In this document: piece after piece, positions 1 to 11,089 of the stretch | Position numbering within the stretch: the stretch's first letter is position 1 | How the letters are laid out: every line of letters begins with the position of its first letter | From: Blepharisma stoltei ATCC 30299 | Lineage: Eukaryota; Protista; Ciliophora | NCBI GenBank assembly: GCA_965603825.1 | Contig: CBFDEM010000005.1 | Span: 806,001-870,000, forward strand | Direction of reading: 5' to 3' | DNA: 64,000 bases | Translations under genes and position numbers: made by a program | The notes under the pieces: generated by a model | What the model was told of the DNA's origin: nothing | Seen by the model: the letters and a program-made list of their open reading frames with translations, nothing else | Database searches by the model: none

Positions 1-496
1 AATTTTCCACAAAAAATCTTAAGACTGCTTCCATGCTCAAAATTCCGAGGACTAAGTTTTGCTTTGGCTCTATTATAGGAATTCTGTGTAAATGGTTGTT
101 TTTTAGAAGCTGAGTCGCGCTTAATAAGTTATCGTCACTGGTGACTGCGATAAAGCCTGACTGTGAAGTTTCTTCTCTTCATACTGAAAGTGTTTTTAAT
201 TTTAATTTGGTAATGATCTGCAGCTCTTCAAGCTCCATATCGTCTTCACTGTATTGAGAAATTATGATTTCTAATAAATCACGGTCAGTCACAACTCCTA
301 CGAAATTCAAGTTTTCAGGATCTCATATGAGAGCGACATCTTGACGATGGCCCAAACTTAGCTCGATAACATCTAATAAGCATAAATCTTTGTCTAAAAC
401 TAGCACTTTGCCTGAAGGGGGCAGCATTTCATATAAGCTTTCTGTGTGCAGAAACCTGCTGACGCTTTGCTTTACGTTTTGTTTGTCCTCTTCCAT
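1..496 (-). CDS. CBS-domain protein, AMPK gamma-subunit-like (runs off window start)
   Basis: ATG at 496. With TGA=W it reads MEEDKQ..LYEMLPPSGKVLVLD..DVALI(W)DPENLNFVGVVTDRDLL, matching the first CBS repeat of AMPK-gamma/SNF4. Absent from the ORF track. Confidence 0.7.
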
Positions 497-598
497 ATGG
501 ATTTATTTAAGATTATAAAATTTTTAATAATTAAAAGTCTGATATAGGTAGAAATTCTCCAAGGAAAATAAATTATATGGAAAAATACAAGAAAACCC

Positions 599-2843
599 TT
601 ATCTGCCATAATACACATTGGGCTTGTATGCTTTTGGAATTAAACTTGGAGGGTATAAGACGACGTCGTCTATTTCAGTTTTTCCGTCACTTAAAAAGTT
701 TAACCCTTCTTCATTTAAAGGCGCAACTCTGTTACCTATTGGTCTCACGGCTATAATTCTTTCACTTTCAGAGTCACCTCTTGAGACTGTTTTTGCTGAG
801 TTTCTTTCTGTATCATTATTTGGCACACCAACGTAGCCTTTAGGGCCTATCACTTCTTGTTTTTCGTTAAATTTTACAAGGTTGGCTTGGACTCTATTTG
901 ATCTTCCTGGCTTATAAATAATCATGTTTTCTCCTTTGTCTTGTTTATTCTGCTCTGTTTGCTCTTCCATTACTTTATCAAGAGTTCCTTGGAATTCTTT
1001 TTCAATATATCTTTGTTCTCTTGTAAACATTTCTTCATCACATGCCCCACATATAATCATTGCATTTGCAGAAACCTCCATGCATCCGCCTATTATTTGT
1101 GCAATATAAACTGCAAGAGCTAATGCATAGATTGATGGTCCTAGCCTAGAAGTGATAGTATTTTCATCAAAATCTACATTTCATTCACTAAAAACCACCA
1201 TTAAAATATAAGTAATTGTAAACCCTGAAAGCGCTAACATAATTTTTAATAAAAATATCGAAAAACTGCCTGCACTAAGTGGCTCTTCTATACGTTTTCC
1301 ATTTCTGATTAGTAGGAAATATGACTCTTTTGCAGAAATCACATATGGTTTTGCAAAAATTGCAAGATAAATATATGAATATTTTGTATAATATTTTAAA
1401 AAACCTTCATATAAAGCTAAACAAGGGCAGCAGACACCTATTCAGAATTTTGAGCATTTAGAGGTTTTATTTGGGTAAGTTTTTGACCTCAAAAATTTAA
1501 AAAATATGATAGGAAAAGTAAATAGCATATTAAATAATGCTCCTCTAATAACAGATCCAATATGATATCTCATTACATTTTTATATGATCTCCCTAGCGG
1601 ACTCCACATCACAGATTTTTCTCTATTAAAATATCAGAATCCAATAGCTCCTCCTATAACAAACTCTGAGATAGCTACTAAAAATTCTAATCACCAAAAA
1701 ACCATAAAAATGACAAATAATAAAATTCATTTATTACTTGTGTCGTATTTTATATTTTTTATTTCACCGCCAGGGACTTTGTTATTAAGTAGAGTTTCTG
1801 TGCTCCCCATACTAAGCGTTCAAGCGATAATCAATATAAAAATGGATAGCACAAACAGCCCAATAAAAACTTGGCTTGCTATGTATCAATATAACTTATC
1901 AATTCTATGAATAGGTTTGCAAGTATGCTTAACCATTTCTATACTCAGCTTCATTTTTGGCTTGAAAATATAAATTTGGCATAAGAAAAATAAAATTATC
2001 CCAATAGTCAAAAATGCTAAAATAAACAGTCCTAAACTTGGGCCATGTTTACAGTATTTTGGGTCTACTCCATCTTGTGTTGAACAAAGCATGTCATAAG
2101 TAATTTTATAATCCGCAAAAAACAACAGGACAATAATTAAAAGAAAAATTCCAATTTCCACGATTGCTGCAACTAAAAACCTCATCATAAATTCTAAATA
2201 AAAAATTACTCTCATTTCGAAACGCAAAGAAAAAAACAACCCCATGTACACATGCACAAATAACCCCAGCGACAATTGCATACCAAACTAATAATAAATC
2301 TCCAGCTCCTCTTCTTAGAATTTGAATTGTCGCATAAATTTCATCTAAAACATTTTTTCTGTCTGATGAGTCTGCTGGGACACAGTCGTATCCAAATACA
2401 GTGCATGGGATGCTGTCCCAGCATCCCCATTCTGTTAATTCTGTCTTATGGTCTGTGTCATAATAACAAATTGATGATTTTTCAACTGTTGTAGGACAGC
2501 TCTTTAGACATAGAGAAATTGTAGTGTCTGACGGAACTGGGTAATACATGTATTCTCGGCTGGAAAGACCGTCCAGCCCACAAGACTCAGCACGGAAATC
2601 TCAGCCGTAAACTAAAGTTCTGACATCGCCTTCTATGAAAATATATATAATTGCTCCTAAAAAGCCAGAATTTGCGATTATGAAAAATACGAGCCACGCT
2701 AAGTCGGTGCATTTTCGCTTTGTTTCAGGGCCCATAAATCCTTGATCACCTTTTAAAGTAGAGTTGAGAGGATGAGACTGCTCTTTGTATTCTCATTTTT
2801 CTACTTGAGAAAGACTGGAATATGTTTCGGGTGTTACATTCAT
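599..2843 (-). CDS. Choline transporter-like (CTL/SLC44) multi-pass membrane protein; one 16-nt intron (2194-2209)
   Basis: N-terminal RKCTDLAWL motif, YG(W)DFRAESCG, Cys-rich loop and many TM segments. ORF-track pieces 2106-2549, 1886-2281 and 599-1081 join with TGA=W and removal of GTAATTTTTTATTTAG, which corrects the frame. Confidence 0.85.
2194..2209 (-). other. 16-nt spliceosomal intron GTAATTTTTTATTTAG
   Basis: GT..AG; removal restores frame (FRNE-K-FMMRFL). Confidence 0.85.
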
Positions 2844-2957
2844 TTATAAATTTATTATAATTATGCGAAATTTTTAGAAATTGTATTTTCATCTGGATAA
2901 AACAGGAGATTAAGTGATTTAATTTTAAAAAATAATTAATGAAAATATGTGATTAAA

Positions 2958-3476
2958 TTAAGATTTACTCCTAAAACCAAATTCTTCAGGACATATAAGT
3001 AATCCTCCTATGACTCCAAATGCGAGAGTTCTTTTGAATCTTTTGAAAATTCCAGAGCTTAGAGTAAATATAATAGTTGTCGTCCCATAAAATGCTGCTT
3101 TTCTTACAAAATAAGGAGTATTTATAAGAAAGCTATTTCTTTTGCTATTGACTAATTCAAAATTCTGATATATTTTAGGCCATTTATTTCCGATTTCTTC
3201 TTGATTAGTAAGATTTCTAAATAATGTTTTTATGCCTTGCAGATAAGGATCTAATAAAGTTCCTGCGACTGATGCAGTTCTGGATAATTCTTTTTGTGTC
3301 TCATCATCTAATCGTGTGAGATTTTTTATTTTATTTTCTGCTTTTTCCACAATAATTTGTGCAGCTTCTTCCTTTGCTTTTTCGATTTCTTCAGATTTTT
3401 CAGCTTTTACCTCATTGATTTTTTGTGATGCAGACAGAGTTTTATCGTTCTGATTTTGGGTATTTTCTGGATTCAT
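2958..3476 (-). CDS. Hypothetical protein with charged helical N-terminus and C-terminal hydrophobic hairpin; tandem paralog of 3568-4206
   Basis: C-terminus YG.T...F.LSSGIFKR..RTL.F...GG.LI.PE is shared with the neighbour. Confidence 0.75.
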   Translation of the reverse strand: MNPENTQNQNDKTLSASQKINEVKAEKSEEIEKAKEEAAQIIVEKAENKIKNLTRLDDETQKELSRTASVAGTLLDPYLQGIKTLFRNLTNQEEIGNKWPKIYQNFELVNSKRNSFLINTPYFVRKAAFYGTTTIIFTLSSGIFKRFKRTLAFGVIGGLLICPEEFGFRSKS

Positions 3477-3567
3477 TTTTTTCTATTCGATGGTAAATAT
3501 TAAAGCAGTAATTGTTAAATGGCTAGCTAGTTTTTTTTATTTAAATTCTTAGCTTTATATAAAATGA

Positions 3568-4206
3568 TTAATTAGTAGGCTTAGAGAGCATAAAATATTC
3601 TGGCACTATAAGAAAGCCACCAAAAATCGCAAAAACTAAAGTCCTTCTGCATCTTTTAAAAATGCCAGAACTAAGATAAAATACTGCTACAGTTGAGCCA
3701 TAGTAAATATATTTTCTATTTTGATAGGATATTTCTTTCAAGAGCTGCCGTCTGGTTTCACATAATTTTTGGTAATGCTTATAAGCTTCTGGCATTCTTT
3801 CTTGAAAGCGCTCTTTAATTTTTAGCTCTTTCAAATAATTTCTAAACCTATCTGCATAAGAAACAAATGTTTTTTTGAGCTCTTTTTGTGTTTCAGGAGC
3901 ATTTTCTTTAGCTTGCTGGACTTTTTCTTTAATGGTATCTGCATGAGGCTTAATATTATTTTTCAGCTGCTCAATTGAGGGCTTTATATTAGATTTGGCT
4001 TCTTCGATTTTATTCATTGTTTCTGTTTTTCATTCAATAGCATGCTCTTTGACTTTTTGAGATTTATCTTTGATTGAATCTGCATGCAACTGCACACGAT
4101 TTTTCAGTTTTTCCAAAGATTCATTTGCTTTTGATTTAGTTTCTTCAAATTCTGGACTTTCTTTTATTTCTTCGGATTTATTTTTTAGTCAATCTTGTAT
4201 CTTCAT
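3568..4206 (-). CDS. Hypothetical protein, tandem paralog of 2958-3476
   Basis: ATG at 4206; reads through TGA codons to join ORF 3568-4017; same C-terminal motif. Confidence 0.75.
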
Positions 4207-4474
4207 TTAATTATAAAGTTAATGGATTTAGTTTATTGATGATTTATTAATAAAATTTTTAAAACTGAAATTTATCTTAATTATTAGTCCTAAGATATTA
4301 AAGGCTTTATCATGCCCTTAAGTAATATTTATTTTTGAGAAATTTAATAATTGCTAAAATTTGTTGTACATTAAAATAAAAACAGTTTGAAGTTAAAAAT
4401 TAGTTATCTCATAGGAAAAAAATAATGTTTATGATATTTCAAAAGGAAAGCTGATATCTTAATAAACACTTTAT

Positions 4475-4810
4475 TTATGGTCTCTCTGGGATACTTTCAA
4501 TTAAAGCGATCTCCGACAGCATTGTCAAAAACGATTCCAGTTGATACTTTTCTGGAATAATAAAAGATCCTCCAGATTCCTCATATTTTCGTTCATTTTG
4601 GCTAATTTCCTGCTGTATTATTTCGTAATATTTGTCATTATTCTGCTCATCTAATCCTTCAAATAACAAATGTTCTATTAAATGCTGCTTCTGAGGTTGT
4701 AATTCAACATGGCTATCTCTATGCTCTCTACAAAAGCAAAGGCCGTCTTTTTCACATGCACAAATACAGATCACAAGCTGCCTGCATCCTTGGAAGCTAC
4801 ACCTAACCAT
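4475..4810 (-). CDS. Small Cys/His-rich (Zn-finger-like) hypothetical protein
   Basis: C-x4-C..C-x-C..FC.EH...H pattern. First ATG is at 4810 (the track's 4819 is TTG). Confidence 0.5.
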   Translation of the reverse strand: MVRCSFQGCRQLVICICACEKDGLCFCREHRDSHVELQPQKQHLIEHLLFEGLDEQNNDKYYEIIQQEISQNERKYEESGGSFIIPEKYQLESFLTMLSEIALIESIPERP

Positions 4811-4858
4811 TTTTACCAATATTATTAGGTTACCATGCTTGATTATCTAGAAAAATTA

Positions 4859-6187
4859 TTAATTGTCTGAATTTGATTGAATTCTGTCAAAATCTGTTTG
4901 GCTTCTTTCATCTCCAAGCGGCTTGCGCTCAGGTGTCATCAATTCAATTCTAACTTCTCTATGATAATATGCATAACAAAATATAATTGACATAGGAATC
5001 AAAAATATGTTGGAAAATAGCAGCCCAAATGGTCCAAATGTAAGGCATACAGGGGGCAGCTCGTTTTGTTGTGCTTCTCGCTGGCAGTCTGTAGTAAGAC
5101 TTGCTCCGCTGAGATAGAACCAAAAAAACGTTGCTAATAAGTTAAAAAATGATACACCAATAGCATATAAATAATTCATAACAGGAAACCCGTAATTTTT
5201 TCCCATCAAAATTTTGGTATAAGTTTGTAAAAAGAAAACCAAAAATACTGCAGCAATTATTTCACAAATAGCAAACCCTTTAAAAGCTGAAGACAAATTT
5301 GTATACAGCTCACAGCTTCCTGTAGCTGTTTCATCTACACAGCTTATAGATTCCAAACAATTCCAATTCAAATTGATAATATTTTCGTCACAGTCTTTAC
5401 ATGTCGCCAGTCCTCCTTCCCAATAAGAATTCCCTGTAAATCGAAGCACCCATCTGCCATAGTAAAGTATAATGCCAATCAGGCAAATTCCTGCTGCAAG
5501 CAAAACACCTACTCTATGCATCCAATATTTCATAGAAAATCTTGTTACAGGGGCATCAAGCGAAATTGTGTCCAAGCAAGTGCTCAAACTTGCTTTTTTC
5601 TGCATTTTCATTGACAAAACGAGGGCAATAATAGAGAAAAAGCTCAAAAATATACAAGTCACAGCTATAATAGAGCCATCTCTTGAAGCCAAATGGAGAC
5701 TGGCTGACAAAGATGCCCTTTCATCAGGTATGAGTTCTTCATTTATGAGATAGCGCCAATATAAATATCCGATTAAATGCGAAATACTCATAAGTGAGCT
5801 CAACAAATACACACTGTTAGAAATATAGTGCTTATTCCAATAACTGAGCAATAACTTTTCAATTAGCAGCAATCCAGAGATAAATGCAAACAATTCGAGA
5901 CCAATATAAGCATTTGAAGCTTTAGCCCCTGCTGTGAATTCTAAACAATTTTTTAAATTTTGAGGCGAGATGCAGGTAAAGACTGAAAAACATTTCCAAT
6001 CCCAAGTTTTATATGGACCTCCACAGTCCTTACAGCTTCAAAGACCCATATGATATACCTCGCTTCCGTCCTGAATGGTTGCTCAATGGGTACTTAGAGA
6101 AGAAATAGTCATTAAAACTAAACAGGCTATAAATAAAGCTATAGGTATCAGCGTTTGGCTTTTCTGTCATCTTTCAATACTCAGCAT
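4859..6187 (-). CDS. Membrane protein with two tandem claudin/PMP22-like 4-TM units
   Basis: Unit 1: TM-H(W)..GL(W)SCKDC..C..C. Unit 2: TM-RW..WEGGLATCKDC..C..C. ATG at 6187, TGA=W, about 8 hydrophobic segments. Confidence 0.65.
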
Positions 6188-6570
6188 TTTTATCAAAAGG
6201 AATAATGTTTTTAAGTTAAAATGATGAAGATGAAGAAGAAATTTAATTCTACCTTGGGATAAGCAGATTTAGCTAATATTATCAAAAATTCAACGCTTTT
6301 TCTCTAATAAATAATCTTTTACTCAAAAAATGCGAATTTTTAGTTATTTAAATAGAAAAATCTTTAGAAAAAATTTTTGACGTTTTAAATTTTTATTTAA
6401 AGCTCATGTACTTCTTTTAAAATTATTCTATGATCTAAAATTCCTTTTATTTCTTATAAAAGGCATGCCAAGTAGGACAGTGGTTTTTGCCAAAGGAATC
6501 CTCATATTTTTTAATACGTCATCTTTCATAGTTATGTTTTGATAGATTTCGTGTGGTATATAATTTTTAA

Positions 6571-8658
6571 ATGATGGCCGAAAATCGTCGTTTATCACTC
6601 CTGAGTTCTCATCTGACTTCTAGGCTTCCACCTATTGTTCACGATAGCTCTCTTGATGATTTTCGTAAACGAGGAAAAACACTTGATAAGGACTTTTTAT
6701 TAAAAAATTACCTTGGAACAGCATATGAAGCAGTGATGATTGCCCGCCGTCATATGACAAATAATCCGTTATTTAACTTATTAGACGAAACTGACTTTAC
6801 AAGAGCAGAACTAAGAGAGCGCGTCGTTCAACAATTAGCTGATATTTATTTTAAATTCAACCTGAGCTATGAGCGTGACGCAGTTGAGCCGCTCGCCAGA
6901 AGCGACACTTTATGTGCTGTCGGAGAATATGACCTCCAGCTCCCCACAAGACTGATAATCCATCTACTTCTCTATATAGATTCCATTCAAAATCTCGGTA
7001 CTCAAAAGCACGTAGAATACGCCCGAAGGGCTTTCCAACTAGTGGATTATGGCAGTTTTTCAATGACTGAGCTAGGCCACGGCTCAAATGTAGCCTCTTT
7101 AGAGACAACTGCAACTTATGATAAAAATACAAGGGAATTTGTATTTAACTCGCCTACATTTACGTCAGCAAAATGGATGGTTGGTGCTATAGGCAAAACT
7201 GCTAATATGACCGTATGTTTTGCACAGTTGATAGTTGATGACGTCAAAAGAGGTGTCCATGTATTTTTGATACCTATCAGAGACTATAATACTCATGAAC
7301 CTTTACCTGGACTTGTATTAGGAGACTGTGGCAAAAAAAATGGCCTTGAAGGAGTTGACAACGGTTTCGCTTACTTCAAAAACTATAGGGCTCCTTATGA
7401 CTGCCTCCTCGATAAGTACGCTTCTATTACCCCAGATGGCAAATACAAAAGTGCTATCAAAAATAAAGAAAAAAGACTTGCCGTTATGTTAGCTGGACTT
7501 ATAAAAGGCAGAGCCTCCGTAGTCTGCAGCTGTGAAGAATACATGAGGAATAACCTTACAATCGCTTTAAGATATGCCGCAATTAGAAAACAATTCGGGC
7601 TCTCAGAAGGCTCAGAAGTGGCTTTACTTGACTATCAGCTACATAGATACCGTCTACTTCCACATTTAGCCAAAATGTTCGCAGTCAGGACTGGGTATTT
7701 ATTTTTATGTGAAAATTATGTCAGGATTAAAAGCAAAGTAGAAGAAGACCCAGAATGTTTGGAATTGGCCGAACATCATGCTATTTTGAGCGCGCTAAAA
7801 GCATTGGCAAGCTGGTATGGAATGGCTTGTACCCAGGAATGCAGAGAATCAGCTGGTGGGTCAGGATATTCTTATTATTCAGGCTTGGCGAGGAATAGAA
7901 ACAGCCAAGATGTCCATATTACATGGGAAGGAGACAGCTCAGTTTTAATACAGCAGGCTGGGAGGTTTATATTGAAAAGTATGCAGAAGATGATGAAAGG
8001 GCAAAGAGTAAACGTAGAGTCCTTAAAGTTTTTAAAAGGAGATGTAGGGGCTGTAGAGTATAAGGTTAAATTTGAGACTGCCCAAGAGCTTGAAAATGAA
8101 GGGGTATTAGATGAATTACTTGAATTTTACATTAATGCAATTCTTCATAGAACAATGATGAAACTTCAAGAAAACGCAACAGACGCCAAAGATATGGTCG
8201 ACGCTTGGAATAAAACCCAAGCTTTCGGAATCCAGGACTTAGGAAAAGCATTTGGAGAATACATAATGACTAGGGAACTGCTGAAATTTGTAAAAGTCAT
8301 TGAAAATCATAGCTCAGTCACAGGAGCACAAATAAGAAATATTTTCTATTTATATGTGATTGGAGTTGTCGAGAAGAATTTAACTGTTTTTGTGGAAGGA
8401 GGTATGAGTCCTGCACAAGCTAAAACTGTAAGGGATGCAATTCTGCAGCTTTGCAATCAGGTTGCTGAGGAAAGTATCAATATAATTGATGCTTTAGCTC
8501 CTATTGATAATGTGCTGGGATCAACTCTTGGACACTCTGATGGGCAAGCTTATACAAGGACATTACAGAAAGCGGAGGCGACTCCTTTTGTGTACGATAA
8601 AGCTCCATGGTTTCCATTAGTTCAAAAAGCGAGAGAGATCGGCAAGAAAAGGCTTTAG
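6571..8658 (+). CDS. ACOX: Peroxisomal acyl-CoA oxidase
   Basis: FSMTELGHGSNV, GVDNG, CRESAGGSGY and TWEGD motifs; N-terminal PTS2-like RLSLLSSHL. Confidence 0.93.
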   Translation: MMAENRRLSLLSSHLTSRLPPIVHDSSLDDFRKRGKTLDKDFLLKNYLGTAYEAVMIARRHMTNNPLFNLLDETDFTRAELRERVVQQLADIYFKFNLSYERDAVEPLARSDTLCAVGEYDLQLPTRLIIHLLLYIDSIQNLGTQKHVEYARRAFQLVDYGSFSMTELGHGSNVASLETTATYDKNTREFVFNSPTFTSAKWMVGAIGKTANMTVCFAQLIVDDVKRGVHVFLIPIRDYNTHEPLPGLVLGDCGKKNGLEGVDNGFAYFKNYRAPYDCLLDKYASITPDGKYKSAIKNKEKRLAVMLAGLIKGRASVVCSCEEYMRNNLTIALRYAAIRKQFGLSEGSEVALLDYQLHRYRLLPHLAKMFAVRTGYLFLCENYVRIKSKVEEDPECLELAEHHAILSALKALASWYGMACTQECRESAGGSGYSYYSGLARNRNSQDVHITWEGDSSVLIQQAGRFILKSMQKMMKGQRVNVESLKFLKGDVGAVEYKVKFETAQELENEGVLDELLEFYINAILHRTMMKLQENATDAKDMVDAWNKTQAFGIQDLGKAFGEYIMTRELLKFVKVIENHSSVTGAQIRNIFYLYVIGVVEKNLTVFVEGGMSPAQAKTVRDAILQLCNQVAEESINIIDALAPIDNVLGSTLGHSDGQAYTRTLQKAEATPFVYDKAPWFPLVQKAREIGKKRL

Positions 8659-8699
8659 GTTTATTTAGTAATTAACTATTCGAAATACTTTAAATAAAT

Positions 8700-9278
8700 A
8701 TGCTAAAAGATTTCGAGCCTTATTTTCCACAGCTAAATCTAGTAATCCCTAACTAGAGTCCAAATGAAATGAGATTTGGGCGAAAACCATTTCCAGACAG
8801 AAATGTGCACTACATTACGTCTCTTTCTCCTCATAAGCACTCAACAACCCCCAAGGCAAAATTCAGTTTTTTAAAACAATACCCAAAAGAAGCTGGCACA
8901 CAGACTCCAAATATTTTTAAAAATAAAGAAATTGACTCAATTAGGATAAAAATTAAACAGACAGAAGAAGAGATAGCAAAAATTCAAAGTAAACTTAAAA
9001 ATGATGAAGGGAGAAAAATTCCTTATAGGAGTTATAGAGATTTAGCAATCCAAAATGAGTCATTTATTGAAAAGCCAGGACTTAAAATGCAGAAGAGAAG
9101 TGGCTCTGATCCTCCAAATATGAATATATCTGCAGATTCACTTTATTCGCCAAATAAAATTATGAAAAATTATAATATAAATCCAATTGCCGGGCTTGAT
9201 AGGGATAAATCTCCGATTGCAAATGCAGCAAAAAGTTTAATTTCAATACAAAACAACCGATTGAGACCTAATTTTTAA
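8700..9278 (+). CDS. Hypothetical basic protein; 15-nt intron 8742-8756
   Basis: ATG at 8700; intron GTAATCCCTAACTAG removes an in-frame TAG and joins ORF 8769-9278. Confidence 0.6.
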
Positions 9279-9420
9279 CTAAAATGTATCGATAAGTTAT
9301 TTAATAAAATTTAAAAATTTGCCATAATCCTCAGTAACTATTTATTGATGAAATAGCCTAAGAATGGCTTCGCGCTGGCCATTATCCAAGCTTAGGACAA
9401 TGGAAAATTAGCTTAAGAAT

Positions 9421-9863
9421 TTACACTGCATATAATCTTGTCCACTCTCTTGCTATAGATTCATATTTTTGCCTATCTCTTTTATACAACTCAGCAATAT
9501 CAGGCACTAAAGGGTCATCTGCTATAAAATCTGTCAATAAAGATATTAAAGATGATAAAATTTGTCGAACTCCTAGAGCACGTGACCAGAGTTCACGTGG
9601 AATGCGAAGATCAACTTGACCATGAGAATCAATATTTGGATTATAGATTTTTGTCATAAAAGTGATTTTTGGAGGAAGAAAAAGATAATTTTCTGGATAT
9701 ACAATTTTAATAAAAAGCAACCCTCCTTCATAAGGTGAATTTTCTGGGCCCAAAATAACTCCTGTACAGTTACGAAAATTATTGTCAGTCGGTCAAAAAC
9801 AGATTCCTGATGTAATAAATTCTTTTCTGTTTCAGGCAATTTCTTTAAGAATTTTATTGACAT
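9421..9863 (-). pseudogene. Ubiquitin-conjugating enzyme (UBC4/5-like) homolog, catalytically dead and apparently frameshifted
   Basis: GPENSPYEGG, PPKITFMTKIYNPNI, DDPLVPDIA. The active-site Cys is replaced (GQVDL). ATG at 9863 is one base out of frame with the E2 body. Confidence 0.65.
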
Positions 9864-10129
9864 ATTTTTATATAAATTTTTAAGCTGCAAAAATTAATTG
9901 AGAATATATTGACATAGGCTCTAGATATAGCTAAAAATCGTTTAATATATTATAAAAATGTTTCTAGTTCATTAAGAATTTAAAGTCCAATATTATATTA
10001 TCCAGCTTTTTGCTGTAGACCTATAGGCTTGTCTCTCTCTTGGCAAATCATTAATAAATTCACAAAGAATCATATAGAGGGTGCATATTAAGTTGCCTAT
10101 AAGTGACATTGATAATTGGATAGTTTATT

Positions 10130-10564
10130 ATTGCCCAATTTATACATGCTTGCAGTTGATTCGTATTTTTCTCTATTTTTTAATGCAATTTGGCTATGCC
10201 AGATACTAAAGGATCATCAACATTGATACTTATCATAAATAATTTAATTTCAGATAAAATATTTACAACAGTTAGACAGAACTTCAGCACTCTTGTAAAG
10301 AAAATAAATTATATTTTCTTGCAGGGTTATATATTTTTTTGTAATAAAAGTAACTTTTGGGGATAATCTTCTTGCATAAAATTTTCAAACAAAAATCCCA
10401 TTTCATACAGCGAATTTTTTGGGCTGACAATAGCTCCTATGCAATTCCTAAAATCATTATCATCAATAGGCTAAAAGCTGATATCTCCTTTATCAAAGTC
10501 TTTTTGGCATAATAAATCTCTGTCAAATTCCCCAAAATTTCTTCGATTTCCCTCAATTTTTCAT
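10130..10564 (-). pseudogene. Degenerate tandem copy of the E2 gene
   Basis: Fragments GDISF*PIDDNDFRNCIGAIVSPKNSLYEMGFLF and INVDDPLVSGIAKL, with in-frame TAG (10471-10473), TAA and frameshifts. Boundaries are approximate. Confidence 0.7.
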
Positions 10565-10642
10565 AATAAAACTATTAACAGAAATGATAATAAATCCAAA
10601 TTTTTATTGAAAAATTGCATTTATAACAATATACGTGGAAAC

Positions 10643-10912
10643 ATGGCAAAAGGAACTCAGTCAGAAAGCTCAAGCGGACAGACAAATAGCGCTGTAAAGG
10701 CAGCTATGAGAAAAAGAGGAGCAGTAACCAGTAAATTATAATTAGAATCTAAAAGCGCTGGAAGAAGTGACGGAAGCTCAGCTGGAGAGTTAAAATTGTA
10801 CACAGAAGATGCGCCAGGCTTACAAATTGGCCCTAGTACAGTTCTATTACTTTCGCTATCTTATATTGCTGTGGTGGTTATCCTACATATCATTGGAAAA
10901 CTTAAAGGCTAA
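10643..10912 (+). CDS. SEC61B: Sec61 beta subunit; 15-nt intron 10731-10745
   Basis: LKLYTEDAPGLQIGPSTVLLLSLSYIAVVVILHIIGK. Intron GTAAATTATAATTAG. Missed by the ORF track. Confidence 0.93.
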
Positions 10913-11089
10913 ATTCTTTATAATCAATTCACTACTTAAATAAAATTCGCTTTAAATGTTGATTTTCAGACAAAAGATTAGATTAAAGAGCGATTTTTCT
11001 CATAGGGACTTCAAAATAGAAAAATAATAAGCTTATACACATGCATGGTTTGGGCAACTTGCAAAATCTATACCAGACATTTTATAACT

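Noticed and set aside
8745-8756. CCCTAAC telomere-like heptamer
   Set aside because: A single copy inside an intron, with no tandem array.
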